Below are positions 19,292 through 30,091 of a DNA stretch of 64,000 bases, piece by piece. This stretch comes from Candidatus Bathyarchaeum tardum. GTDB lineage: Archaea > Thermoproteota > Bathyarchaeia > Bathyarchaeales > Bathyarchaeaceae. Location: assembly GCA_024650005.2 (NCBI GenBank), contig CP122380.1, positions 160,001-224,000 of the forward strand, in the 5' to 3' direction. Every line of letters begins with the position of its first letter. Position 1 is the stretch's first letter. The translations under genes were made by a program, and so were the position numbers. The notes under the pieces were generated by a model. The model was not told the origin of the DNA. It saw only the letters and a program-made list of their open reading frames with translations, and did no database searches.

Positions 19292-19550
19292 TACAGCCTT
19301 TTTTTGTTTTATTGTCTATATTCAAATACAGGGTTTTTTGTTAGACCCCTATATAAGACAGAAAACAATTCTAGAGTAAAATCGTGTCAATATTTTTCGG
19401 TGTCTTTCAAACTAGAATACTAGTTAGATGTCAATTTGAAATGACTCTTATACAGAATTTTATACCATTAACACTAAAAAATTAAATATAGCCAGTTGCC
19501 CCTAAATGCTTTTATCTTACAAGTAAAAACATCTAACGAGGTAATTTTTC

Positions 19551-19856
19551 ATGGGTTTTTCAAACGATTTCGGCAGCTCTTCTGCGCATCCACCCGCAAA
19601 CGGCGTCGTGGTTTACACAACCAGCGGATGCACTCGATGTGACATGCTGAAAAAATGGTTAAAAAATAAAAACACGAATTTTGAAGAAAAAAATCTAGAA
19701 GACTCAGACGTAATGACCGACCTAGTAATGAGAAATTTTGTCGTTATGTCCGCGCCCGCCCTAGAAATTAACGGAGAAGTATATACAGACAGTCAAATAT
19801 TCGAAAACAATGGAATAATCAAGCCGACAATTTCAAAAATTTTTGAGGGAATGTAA
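19551..19856 (+). CDS. nrdH: NrdH-like glutaredoxin/redoxin
   Basis: VYTTSGCTRC CxxC motif, SAPALEING; abuts nrdD. Confidence 0.8.
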   Translation: MGFSNDFGSSSAHPPANGVVVYTTSGCTRCDMLKKWLKNKNTNFEEKNLEDSDVMTDLVMRNFVVMSAPALEINGEVYTDSQIFENNGIIKPTISKIFEGM

Positions 19857-22058
19857 ATGACCGAAATGTTGCATAACGTTCAGCCGATGGTTAGAGGAAC
19901 AGACGGTTTTATTGTTCCTTGGAGTAAACAAAAAATTGTAGAACAGCTAATAACTGAAACTAAATTGGCTAAAGAATTTTACGACATGCCTGCAATAAGC
20001 CAGCACGACGCTGAACAAATTGCATCTGAGGTTGAAACGAAAGTTTTTGATTTGAATCTCAAGTTCATTAGCGGTCCTTTGATTCGAGAGTTGGTAAACA
20101 ATGTTTTGTTGTCCAGAGTTTCAGAAAAACCACAGTTTGCTTTGTACCGAAACATTTTGACTCGAGTCGGTGCACCTGTTTATAACGCTTATTTGATGGA
20201 TATGGGTGAAGGCTTTAAAGCAAAAGAGAATGCAAACCTTCAACCTAACCCAGAAACTGCCCACAAACGAAAAGCAGACTGGGTCTCTGGTGAAGAGTAC
20301 CTTCTATTGATGCCGCCGGATATTGCTGACGCTCACTTGGCGGGGGACTTGCACATTCACGATTTAGAATATTTTGGCACTCGACCCTTCTGTCAAGACT
20401 GGGACTTGCGTTACTTCTTCTATTACGGGTTAATGCCTGACGGACTGGGTACACGAACAAGCATCGCTGGTCCAGCTAAACACCCCGAAGTAGCAATTCT
20501 ACATACCGCTAAAATCTTAGCTTCAGCTCAGACAAACTTTGCAGGTGGAGAAGGTTTCTACAATTTCCTTATATTCTTAGCACCTTACTTCCGAGGACTA
20601 AGCTACGAACGAACTCGTCAACTCATGCAGATGATGTTCTTTGAGTACACTCAAGCCTACGTTGCTAGGGGCGGTCAACTAGTTTTCAGTAACATTCAGG
20701 TGCAACCTGGAGTTCCTGACCTATGGAAGAACGTTCCAATTGTAATGAACGGAAAAATAGGACCAGATGTTTATGGCAACTATGAAGACGAAGTTCGCAT
20801 GATGTTCCGTGCCCTTTACGATGTTGCTGGCAAAGGCGATTACTGGGGTAAACCTTTCAACTTTCCTAAACTTGAAAACTCGTTGAGTCCCGAATTTTTC
20901 AAGCCTGAATATGATGATGTTTGGCTTGATGTTCACAAGGTTGTTGGCAAGTTTGGGTTGCCTTACTTTGATAACTTGATGCCTGATTATCGAGGGTATG
21001 GAAAAGGTGTTTCATGTTACCAATGTTGTGCATACTGTTTTGTTGAAACACCAGAAGACAGCGAAGACTTCTACGAGAAACTCAACTTTGATGGCGGAAA
21101 ACATTTCACCATGGGTAGCTGGCAAGTTTCTAGCTTGAATCTTCCAAGGTTAGCTTATAAAGCAAACGGAGAGGACGAGGTTCTCTTTGAAGAAGCACGA
21201 AGACTGATGGATTCGGCTCTGGAAGTTTTTAAAGCAAAGAAGAAATGGATGGATCTTTCCCTGAAGAACAACCGTATTCCTTTTGCTACTCAACGACCCT
21301 TAGATCCAAGAACCGGTGAGAAAGGAACAACTGCTGTAGACTTTGATGCCCTGACCTTTACAATCGGTCTTGTAGGTGGTAACGAGATGGCTCAGTACCA
21401 TACTGGTTATCAGTTGCACGAAAATATGGAAGGCGTCAAGATTCTAATCAAATTGATTCTGGAAATGCAAAAATATAAGAAAGTTCTCGAAGAAAAGAGT
21501 GGTTACAAAATTGCTCTGGCACGAACTCCTGCAGAATCTACTGCCCAACGGTTTGCCATTTCTGACTTAATAACTGATAAATATCGAGGTAACGCAGAAA
21601 AACTTGTCAAAGGAAATGTCGGGGAAGCCAAGTTTATGTTGGCTAACCACAAAAAGGATGTTCCAGTTTACTACAGCAATGGAACTCACGTTGACGTCGG
21701 GGCAAAAATGGGTCTGTTTGAACGAATGAACATTGAACAAAAGTTCTTCCCCCTCTTGAACGGTGGAAACATGCTCCATGTCTGGCTTGGCGACGCTGAC
21801 CCTGACCCTGAAGCTTTGTACAAACTAACAAAACGAATTACAACCCAAAGCAATATCGGTTACTTTGCTTACACTAAAGACCTCACTGTCTGCAGTAACT
21901 GTGGAAAAGTCACTTCACCAATGCGGGACAACTGTCCTAACTGTAATTCTAACTCTGTAGAGTGGTGGTCACGAGTAACTGGATATTACCAAGCAGTCAG
22001 CGGTTGGAACAAAGGCAAACGAGAAGAGCTAGCAAACAGATACCGAACTGGGCTGTAA
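19857..22058 (+). CDS. nrdD: Anaerobic (class III) ribonucleoside-triphosphate reductase
   Basis: ATP cone, DAHLAGDLHIHDL, RPFC, YQCC, Zn site CSNC..CPNC, glycyl-radical motif SRVTGYY. Confidence 0.97.
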   Translation: MTEMLHNVQPMVRGTDGFIVPWSKQKIVEQLITETKLAKEFYDMPAISQHDAEQIASEVETKVFDLNLKFISGPLIRELVNNVLLSRVSEKPQFALYRNILTRVGAPVYNAYLMDMGEGFKAKENANLQPNPETAHKRKADWVSGEEYLLLMPPDIADAHLAGDLHIHDLEYFGTRPFCQDWDLRYFFYYGLMPDGLGTRTSIAGPAKHPEVAILHTAKILASAQTNFAGGEGFYNFLIFLAPYFRGLSYERTRQLMQMMFFEYTQAYVARGGQLVFSNIQVQPGVPDLWKNVPIVMNGKIGPDVYGNYEDEVRMMFRALYDVAGKGDYWGKPFNFPKLENSLSPEFFKPEYDDVWLDVHKVVGKFGLPYFDNLMPDYRGYGKGVSCYQCCAYCFVETPEDSEDFYEKLNFDGGKHFTMGSWQVSSLNLPRLAYKANGEDEVLFEEARRLMDSALEVFKAKKKWMDLSLKNNRIPFATQRPLDPRTGEKGTTAVDFDALTFTIGLVGGNEMAQYHTGYQLHENMEGVKILIKLILEMQKYKKVLEEKSGYKIALARTPAESTAQRFAISDLITDKYRGNAEKLVKGNVGEAKFMLANHKKDVPVYYSNGTHVDVGAKMGLFERMNIEQKFFPLLNGGNMLHVWLGDADPDPEALYKLTKRITTQSNIGYFAYTKDLTVCSNCGKVTSPMRDNCPNCNSNSVEWWSRVTGYYQAVSGWNKGKREELANRYRTGL

Positions 22059-22094
22059 GATGCAGCTCATTTTTACCATTTTTTTGGTTCAAGT

Positions 22095-22682
22095 TCACCG
22101 TTTAGTTTTTGCCAACAAAAATTGGTGAAGCTGCGGGAATCTTGAGGTCAACAATCTTGTTGGAATAATCAGCTTATTTGCTGCAAGTTCCCCAACACCC
22201 TTTACTTCGTATCCTTTTTTCTTGAAATCTTCTGGTGTCCATTTGCTGACGTGTTCTTGGAATGGGTTGTGCTTGGTGTGGCTTTTTGGTTGTTTAAAGA
22301 AACTAGAAGGAGTAGAAACGATAACCGTGTCTGCGATTCTTTGAAGTTCTTTTAGCAGTTGTTCTCCACAATTTTTTGGTAAATGCTCAATTGTTTCTAT
22401 GCATGTGGCGACGGTGAATTCTTGGTTATCAAAAGGTAATGGCATGTTCCTTAAGTCAAAACAATGGAGTTCATCATATATGCTGTATTTTTTACAAAAT
22501 TCAACATATTCGGGGAAAATGTCTACTCCAACTAACCGTTTTGGGGTTCTATAAATTCGTGTTATGGCACCTACGATGCCTCTGCCGCAGCCTACGTCAA
22601 TTAGTGATTCAACATTTTTTGGGATTTCTTCCAGTAGTTCGTGAAGAAAAGGGCGAGTCCAAGAGGCAACTTTCGAATCCAT
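22095..22682 (-). CDS. Class I SAM-dependent methyltransferase
   Basis: LIDVGCGRG motif I, CIETIEHL, IVSTP. Confidence 0.9.
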   Translation of the reverse strand: MDSKVASWTRPFLHELLEEIPKNVESLIDVGCGRGIVGAITRIYRTPKRLVGVDIFPEYVEFCKKYSIYDELHCFDLRNMPLPFDNQEFTVATCIETIEHLPKNCGEQLLKELQRIADTVIVSTPSSFFKQPKSHTKHNPFQEHVSKWTPEDFKKKGYEVKGVGELAANKLIIPTRLLTSRFPQLHQFLLAKTKR

Positions 22683-22829
22683 GCTTTACCACTCTGTCGT
22701 AGTCAAAAGTGTAATGAAGTAAAAAGAATTGCCCTTTTTGCGAAGTTGTTGAAAACTTTCACGAAAAAACAGATACACACTATTATATTGTCTGTTGACC
22801 GTAAAAGACAGCAAGTTGCTGTGAGCTAA

Positions 22830-23903
22830 GTGGTTGAAATCAACAACTCAATTAATAAAAATTGGTTGCCAAGGAGCAAGACCCTCAAAAGAACTGTTCC
22901 CCTTTTGATTTTGGGTCTGTTGATTTTTGTTATTTACCTGTACTTTTTTGTTGACCTACCCGAATTGCTTGCAGTTTTTCAGGGAATTGACATTTTCTAT
23001 TATTCACTGGCTGTAGTGGGAGTTCTAGTAAACCTGCTAACTTACTCCTTGACTTGGCAGTATCTTCTGAAGCCTTTGTCAATAAATGTTGGATTCAAAA
23101 CAACCTTGTTAATCAGTTGGGTTGGAAATTTTGTTGAATTTTTTGTTCCTTCCGAATCCATTGGCGAAGACGTTTCTAAAAGTTACCTTATGGCAAAAGC
23201 CTCAGACGAAAACGCTGGAAAAGTCGTAGCTTCAGTTTTGGGACAGCGAATACTCTCCATGCTCGTTACTGTTATTATTTTGGTTTTATGTTCCGTTTTG
23301 TTGTTTACTTTGGATTTTGTTATTCCTTCGAGCATGTCCGTTTTGATAGTTCTGATTTCTGTAGGCACTGTAATCCCCTTATTATTCATAATTTTGTTAT
23401 GCAAAAAAGAAAAACTAAGTCATAGAGTAATCGATTTATTAATACGTTTTTGCGCCTGGGCTTCCCGAGGACGGTTAAACCTTGAAGACCTCCGAAGAAA
23501 AGCAAAAAACTCGGTGTATTCTTTTCATCAATCAATGAGTATTTTGGGTAAAAATCCAAAAATTCTGATTTTACCTTTGGTGTTTTCTCTGGTTAGTTAT
23601 TTCTTTAGTGTAATTGTTTCTTACTTTGTTTTTGCTTCTTTGGGATACTTCAACATCAGCTTTGTTTTACTTACACTCGTTTACACTCTTAGCCGCAACT
23701 TTCAAAGCATCCCTACCATGCTGCCCGGTGAAATAGGCTTTCTAGAAATTGTTATGACCAGCCTTTACATTGCTCTTCTTGGACCTCAAGCCACTGCAAT
23801 AAGTGCTGCATCTACAGTTCTTACTCGTGTTTTGTGGGTGTGGCTTAAAGTCTTGTTAGGCTTTGGGGCTCTTCAATGGGCTGTTCGTAAAAAACTATTG
23901 TAG
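22830..23903 (+). CDS. UPF0104 / lysylphosphatidylglycerol-synthase TM-domain (flippase-like) membrane protein
   Basis: Multi-TM; PSESIGED and PGEIGFLE motifs. Confidence 0.82.
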   Translation: MVEINNSINKNWLPRSKTLKRTVPLLILGLLIFVIYLYFFVDLPELLAVFQGIDIFYYSLAVVGVLVNLLTYSLTWQYLLKPLSINVGFKTTLLISWVGNFVEFFVPSESIGEDVSKSYLMAKASDENAGKVVASVLGQRILSMLVTVIILVLCSVLLFTLDFVIPSSMSVLIVLISVGTVIPLLFIILLCKKEKLSHRVIDLLIRFCAWASRGRLNLEDLRRKAKNSVYSFHQSMSILGKNPKILILPLVFSLVSYFFSVIVSYFVFASLGYFNISFVLLTLVYTLSRNFQSIPTMLPGEIGFLEIVMTSLYIALLGPQATAISAASTVLTRVLWVWLKVLLGFGALQWAVRKKLL

Positions 23904-23999
23904 AGAATCAGTTTTTTATAATCAAAAAACTGTTTTAGCTTCAAATGAAAAGGAGATTTTGCGATAAAAGAATCGCTAATCATGTGTAATTTTTTTTGG

Positions 24000-24116
24000 T
24001 TAGTCTACTCGTTGCATTGGTTGGTCACAGCAGAAAAGGATCCCTTTTCCTGGTGTCATAACCTTTACAACGTTGTCGCATACTTTGCACGCATACATTT
24101 TTCCTTCGATTGTCAC
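24000..24116 (-). CDS. Stand-alone desulforedoxin (FeS4 domain), 38 aa; not in the ORF track
   Basis: Hand translation MTIEGKMYACKVCDNVVKVMTPGKGILFCCDQPMQRVD shows the CxxC...CC.xPM pattern; strong SD GAGGAGGTGA before the GTG start. Confidence 0.85.
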   Translation of the reverse strand: MTIEGKMYACKVCDNVVKVMTPGKGILFCCDQPMQRVD

Positions 24117-24152
24117 TTTTTCACCTCCTCTGTTTGTCCGCGTATTAGATTA

Positions 24153-25325
24153 CTATAGTTCTGTTATAGGAAATTCAATTCGTCGTAAATATTTCTTAGC
24201 ATATTCTGGTTCATGTGATAACTCATGACTTCTTAAAAGTTGCCTTTCTAACCGACTTAAAGCGGTGCGAAAAGTCGCTTCTGGACCATATCCTTCGCTG
24301 GAACTGAAAAACGAGCCCTTTCTTGTCCTAAACTGCAAGCGGCAGTGTATTAGTTGTTCTCCTTTAAAGTTTGTCCCATGCGTTTTCATGTAAACAAACA
24401 AGGTTCCAGACTCTAGGGTTTTTTGGTATTTATTTGCAAACACTTCAAAATCAGACATTATGGCGCCCTGTTGCATTTCCTTTATTCCGACTCTTTTGAC
24501 AGAGAACTGCACTGTAATTTTTTGTTCGGGGGTTTCCCTTTCAGCTAAAGGCTCAAGAAGGTCCCTTTTAGTCAAAATTCCTGCCAGTCTTCCTTTGCTG
24601 GTTACAACCAAAGAAGTAATGTCATTTTTTTGCATTTTTTCAACTGCATCTTTTAGAGTTGTTTCTGGCTGAACGGTAATTACTGGTTTGGTCATTATTC
24701 CTTTAGCGGGAATGCTTAGAACTGGTGCTTTTTTCCCGCTCATATCTCCAACGGTTTGGCGTTGTTTTGGCTGGAATAAGCTTTCAATTACATTTTTAAC
24801 TGAGACAATTCCTGTTATGTTTCCTTTTTTTAGTACTGGTGCGTGAGAAATTCCATGTTCCCTAAAAAGACTTAGAACTGCTCCTACTGAGTCATATTCA
24901 TCGATGTAGAACGGTTTTTTGGTCATTACATCACTGGCTGTTTTGTCTCCCCATTTTCCTACAACTGCCCCTAGAATTATATCATCATCTGTAACTATTC
25001 CAATTAGTTTTTCTTGGTTGAAAACTGGAAGCTGGTTGATTCCGCTGGTTATCATTAACTGTGCTACTTTAGTGAGTGTGTCTTCTGGTGATACTGTTGG
25101 TGCTGAGCGCATCAAAGTTTCTACTTTTGTTATGGCGGGATCGTAACGTGATCTGGCTATCCATCTGTGGGTGATTACACCAGTGTATTTTCCTTTTTCG
25201 TTTAAAACAACAAGTACTGGTGTTGGTTTATCTTTAAAGAGCGAAAGACAAACAGAAAGTGAGTCGTCTTTTTTAACACTCTTAAAATTTGTTGAAAACA
25301 CATCTTTAACTACCGTTGAGGCCAT
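24153..25325 (-). CDS. Four-CBS-domain protein with C-terminal HPF/RaiA-like domain (archaeal ribosome hibernation factor, Hib-like)
   Basis: Four CBS repeats; C-terminal ...SSSEGYGPEATFRTALSRLERQL resembles the HPF helix. Confidence 0.7.
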   Translation of the reverse strand: MASTVVKDVFSTNFKSVKKDDSLSVCLSLFKDKPTPVLVVLNEKGKYTGVITHRWIARSRYDPAITKVETLMRSAPTVSPEDTLTKVAQLMITSGINQLPVFNQEKLIGIVTDDDIILGAVVGKWGDKTASDVMTKKPFYIDEYDSVGAVLSLFREHGISHAPVLKKGNITGIVSVKNVIESLFQPKQRQTVGDMSGKKAPVLSIPAKGIMTKPVITVQPETTLKDAVEKMQKNDITSLVVTSKGRLAGILTKRDLLEPLAERETPEQKITVQFSVKRVGIKEMQQGAIMSDFEVFANKYQKTLESGTLFVYMKTHGTNFKGEQLIHCRLQFRTRKGSFFSSSEGYGPEATFRTALSRLERQLLRSHELSHEPEYAKKYLRRIEFPITEL

Positions 25326-25590
25326 TTTTACTTCTCCAAAAATCCATTTTTTGCAAAAGGCAATTCAATCAGTATATACTAACCTCCTGTTGAAACTTTA
25401 ACGTTTTGTTTTAGGGAAGTTACTCTCTTGTTTTACAACATTACATTTGTTGAAGAATTGTTGCACTTGATTATTCAATTGATTTTTATGTCCTCAAACT
25501 TGTTGACCAATCAATGTCTGTAAGGTTATTTTCAACTAAACATTGGACTTGTAGGTCAATTTCTTTAATACAAATTTTTTTCTTTCTCAT

Positions 25591-25803
25591 TTATTCTCTT
25601 ACTCTAACAAACTTCTTTTTTCGCCTTTTAAAATAACTTGTATATTTTTTAAAAATTTCAATCAATCCCTTGGTTTTTAGGGTGGGTATTGCTCCCCACA
25701 TTTGCTTTGGCAAATTAGTTGTTTGAACTTCGCCAGAATTTTTAATAAAACTATACGTTTTCTTTTCCATTTTACCTAATTTTTGTATATTCACATTTTT
25801 CAC
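25591..25803 (-). CDS. Small basic hypothetical protein, possibly wHTH-like
   Basis: 70-aa Lys-rich ORF; GTG start lies within GAGGTG; LKTKGLIEI resembles a wHTH wing. Confidence 0.55.
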   Translation of the reverse strand: MKNVNIQKLGKMEKKTYSFIKNSGEVQTTNLPKQMWGAIPTLKTKGLIEIFKKYTSYFKRRKKKFVRVRE

Positions 25804-26062
25804 CTCGAAATTATCAGAAAATTTTTGTCTACATGATTCTAGGATACGAACAATTGACTAGCACGTAAAAGCAACGTTTTGGAATTTTCTGACTTTTCAT
25901 CAATTTAGCCGATTTGCATGCAACCTAATACAAATATGTTCTAACTGGCTCTTCGACTAATACTATAATTATTCTCAGGATATTTTATAAAGCTTGTTTG
26001 AAGTAAAAAAATTGTTCGCTCACTCTGTTTTCTTTGTTTCTGATATGTTTTGACACTATTTG

Positions 26063-26986
<924 letters not shown>

Positions 26987-27029
26987 TTACACCAGACAAC
27001 TCTTGTAAATTCACAAATAAATGCTTAAT

Positions 27030-28079
27030 CTATCCAATCACTGAATCCACAGTCATGTTAAGGACAATCTCTGCAATGTCCATGGAATATTCTGCTATTC
27101 GCCTCACACTTTCAATTACTAATCGGATGTTGGTTGCTTCTTCTATGTTTGTTTCTTTTGACGAAAGAAGCGCCTTCTTTTCTAACTCAACTATGCTGTT
27201 TGCTTTTGTGATGACCCTGTCGGCCATTTCGTAATCTCTTTTAAACAACGATTCGATGGAAGTTTCAAAGCAAGAAATTGCAACCCTATTCATTTCTTGA
27301 ATTGCATCTACAAATTCCTCATCTAATGGTTTTTTGAGGAGTAGTACATTTTTTGCAATGTTCGTGGCGTGGTCGGCGGTTCTTTCAACCATTTTAGTTA
27401 TTAATCTGTATCCAAGGCAATCGTTTGAATTTTTCAATCCAATTTCTGTTACTATTCTTGGGTTCCGAATTGCCATTTTCAACTGCCGAATTATATACAA
27501 ATGAAATCTATTAACTTCATAATCTGTAGCCCTAACAAATTCTGCTAACTGATGGTCACCATTTTTCAGCGCAGTTATTGCATCTTTGTGCATAGATGAT
27601 GTTATAATTGTCATCCGTCGTAATGCACTTGGAACTGACAATTCAGGATAACTCAATAAAACTTGTAATGTCAAGGCAGTGGATGTGTCAGTTACTATTT
27701 CTGTTCCAACAAGCATGTTTCGGGCAAAGGTTTTAAGGTCGCTTCTTTGGGTAGACAAAATTTCTTTTTGGTTTTTAGCTCTAATGTGAATTATGTTGTA
27801 ACCCAACAAATACACAGAAACAGTTTTTCTAATTATTTCATCTGAGTTGTCTTCTGAGCTAACTGTAATCATTGCTTCTTCGGATTTTTCGGGTCGTGCA
27901 ATTTCTGGAGGCAAAACTTCTAAACTTCCATTTTCTTCTTGGCGGATGAGTAATGGGCTGCCTTTTTCTAATCTGTTTTGGGTAACCCACTTTTTCGGCA
28001 ATGAGATTACGTATGTAGAGCCTCCAGTTATCTGGAGTTTACGTGTTTCCTCATTTTGACTATGTTGAGAATGACCCAA
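27030..28079 (-). CDS. Phosphate uptake regulator (AbrB/SpoVT N-domain + PhoU domains)
   Basis: RKLQITGGSTYVISLPKKW AbrB motif; PhoU repeats ERTADHA and RRIAEY; divergent from pstS. Confidence 0.9.
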   Translation of the reverse strand: MGHSQHSQNEETRKLQITGGSTYVISLPKKWVTQNRLEKGSPLLIRQEENGSLEVLPPEIARPEKSEEAMITVSSEDNSDEIIRKTVSVYLLGYNIIHIRAKNQKEILSTQRSDLKTFARNMLVGTEIVTDTSTALTLQVLLSYPELSVPSALRRMTIITSSMHKDAITALKNGDHQLAEFVRATDYEVNRFHLYIIRQLKMAIRNPRIVTEIGLKNSNDCLGYRLITKMVERTADHATNIAKNVLLLKKPLDEEFVDAIQEMNRVAISCFETSIESLFKRDYEMADRVITKANSIVELEKKALLSSKETNIEEATNIRLVIESVRRIAEYSMDIAEIVLNMTVDSVIG

Positions 28080-28122
28080 TTCTAACTCCTTCGTAGATTC
28101 AAAGTACCTTGTACAATTGTAT

Positions 28123-28165
28123 TTTTCCTATATAGTTTATATATATTATGTAGGAAAACTATATA
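28123..28165. promoter_or_regulatory. Candidate operator of the divergent phoU-regulator/pstS promoter
   Basis: Inverted repeat TTTTCCTA(TATA)...(TATG)TAGGAAAA; CTATATA occurs at 28128 and 28159. Confidence 0.4.
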
Positions 28166-28199
28166 CTTTTTGCGAGTTTCTTACAAATCAAAAAACTAG

Positions 28200-29150
28200 G
28201 TGAAGAGTTTGATTATGAAATCAACTAAAGGCATATCAACAATGATTGCACTCATAGGCATGATAGCCCTTCTAATAGTAGGTTTTGTAGCTGGTTCTGC
28301 ATTAAATTCAGGAACAAATGAATTCTCTGGTGAATACCCTGAAGACAGCGAATGGAGAACAGATTCTATCAGTATTGCTGGCTCAACAACAGTTCTACCT
28401 GTAGCTAATACTGCAGCAGTAGAATTCATGAACATGTACACGGGAACCACAGTAACTGTTCAAGGTGGAGGCTCCGGTACAGGTTACGCCTCAGCATTGG
28501 ACGGTACTGTTAACATCGGTATGGGTTCTCGTGGTCCTAAACAATCAGAAATTGACACAGGAGACATTTGGCTAACTCCAATAGCCCTTGACGCGGTATG
28601 TGTTGTAGTAAACCCATCAGTAGGCAGCAACGTTGAACTAACTCTGGAAGAAGTCGCTATGATCTTCGCCGGAGAATACACAAACTGGAACCAAGTTGAC
28701 TCCAGTCTACCTAACGCAGAAATCTATGTTGTTGTCCGAGAATCTGGATCTGGAACCCGAGGAACCTTCGAAGAATACACCATCGATAAATACGGTCTCG
28801 ACATTGACAGCACAATGGTCCACGAACAACCAAGCAACCCTGCAGTAAGAAACGCAGTAAGCTCCACTCCTAACTCTATTGGATATATCGGTTTCGGATT
28901 CTTGACAAATGACATAGTGGCTGTATCACTAGCTGCAGAAGAAGGATCAGTATATATTCCTGCAACTTTAGAAAACATTCAAAACGGACTTTACCCAATT
29001 TCACGATTTCTCTATTTCATTACCGGAAGCCCAGTTGAAAGCGGCTCATTAGCTGACAGATTTATCTCATTTGTTCTCAGTGAAGACGGACAAAACATCG
29101 CAGAAAACGAAGGATACCTTAGAATGCCTGCAAACTATAACTATCCATAA
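28200..29150 (+). CDS. pstS: Phosphate ABC transporter substrate-binding protein
   Basis: AGSTTV, GGGSGTG, RESGSGTRGTF and YPISR motifs. Confidence 0.95.
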   Translation: MKSLIMKSTKGISTMIALIGMIALLIVGFVAGSALNSGTNEFSGEYPEDSEWRTDSISIAGSTTVLPVANTAAVEFMNMYTGTTVTVQGGGSGTGYASALDGTVNIGMGSRGPKQSEIDTGDIWLTPIALDAVCVVVNPSVGSNVELTLEEVAMIFAGEYTNWNQVDSSLPNAEIYVVVRESGSGTRGTFEEYTIDKYGLDIDSTMVHEQPSNPAVRNAVSSTPNSIGYIGFGFLTNDIVAVSLAAEEGSVYIPATLENIQNGLYPISRFLYFITGSPVESGSLADRFISFVLSEDGQNIAENEGYLRMPANYNYP

Positions 29151-29185
29151 AAGTCTGAACAACTATTTACAAACAGGATGTTCAG

Positions 29186-30091
29186 ATGAAAATGAGCAAC
29201 AAAACGCTCAAAAAACTTTCTTTCTTTTTTTCTAATCTTAAATCTCAACCTATGACAATTGTTCTTTTTGTTTGTGCTTCAATTTCTATAGTTATTTTGT
29301 TTTTGATGCTCTTTTTTGTCGCCAGCGAAGGCGCTTTAGCATTTTCACAATTTGGACCTGACCTACTTTTGGGTATGCAATGGAACCTTGGAAAAAACAT
29401 TTTTGGTGGGTTCCCTCTTTTGGTCGGTTCCCTAATCATAACTTTTGGTGCTCTGCTTATTGCAATTCCAATTGGAGTTAGCACCGCCGTATTCGTTTCC
29501 GAAGTTTTACCCTTTTATTTACGAGATCCCATTAAATCAATAATTGAACTTTTAGCATCTATCCCTTCAGTAATCTATGGTTTCATAGGTTTGCTGATAG
29601 TGGTTCCGTTTATTTCGGACTTTTTTGGTATTCCATCGGGGCAAACAGCGTTAACGGCATCTTTAATTTTGTCTCTTATGACGATTCCCACAATTGTTAG
29701 TGTTTCTGGTGAGATAATCTCTGCTGTCCCAAAAGATTTCAAAGAAGCTGCCCTTGGTCTAGGAGCTACAAAATGGGAAACCATCAAAACTATAGTTATA
29801 CCCATTTCAAAATCTGGAATCTTAGCAAGTATAATGCTAGGTTTTGGACGAGCTATTGGAGAAACCATTGCTGTTTCTATGGTTGCAGGTAACCGAGCTC
29901 AAGTTCCAACAAGTTTCTTAGATTCAGTTTACACTATTCCTTCTTTTATTGCAACCCATATGGGTGAAGCTGCATTAGGCAGCCTCGAATACAGCGCCCT
30001 TTTCGGGTTAGGGCTTATTTTACTTATTATCACTTTTATTGTGAACACTTTGGCTGACATTGTTGTAAAACGAGGTGCCCAACATGGGTAG
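29186..30091 (+). CDS. pstC: Phosphate ABC transporter permease
   Basis: ELLASIPSVIYG and GRAIGETIAV motifs. Confidence 0.95.
   Translation: MKMSNKTLKKLSFFFSNLKSQPMTIVLFVCASISIVILFLMLFFVASEGALAFSQFGPDLLLGMQWNLGKNIFGGFPLLVGSLIITFGALLIAIPIGVSTAVFVSEVLPFYLRDPIKSIIELLASIPSVIYGFIGLLIVVPFISDFFGIPSGQTALTASLILSLMTIPTIVSVSGEIISAVPKDFKEAALGLGATKWETIKTIVIPISKSGILASIMLGFGRAIGETIAVSMVAGNRAQVPTSFLDSVYTIPSFIATHMGEAALGSLEYSALFGLGLILLIITFIVNTLADIVVKRGAQHG

Noticed and set aside
19289-19330. Frameshift or readthrough restoring the glycyl-radical loop of the HTH-NrdD protein
   Set aside because: The sequence after CGA GTA TAA is TACAGCC plus a T-tract, with no RVTGY-type continuation next to the stop; the catalytic Cys motifs are independently absent
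25493-25507. CTCAA-ACTTG-TTGAC as another copy of the operator
   Set aside because: The spacer is 5 bp rather than 6 and there is no partner site
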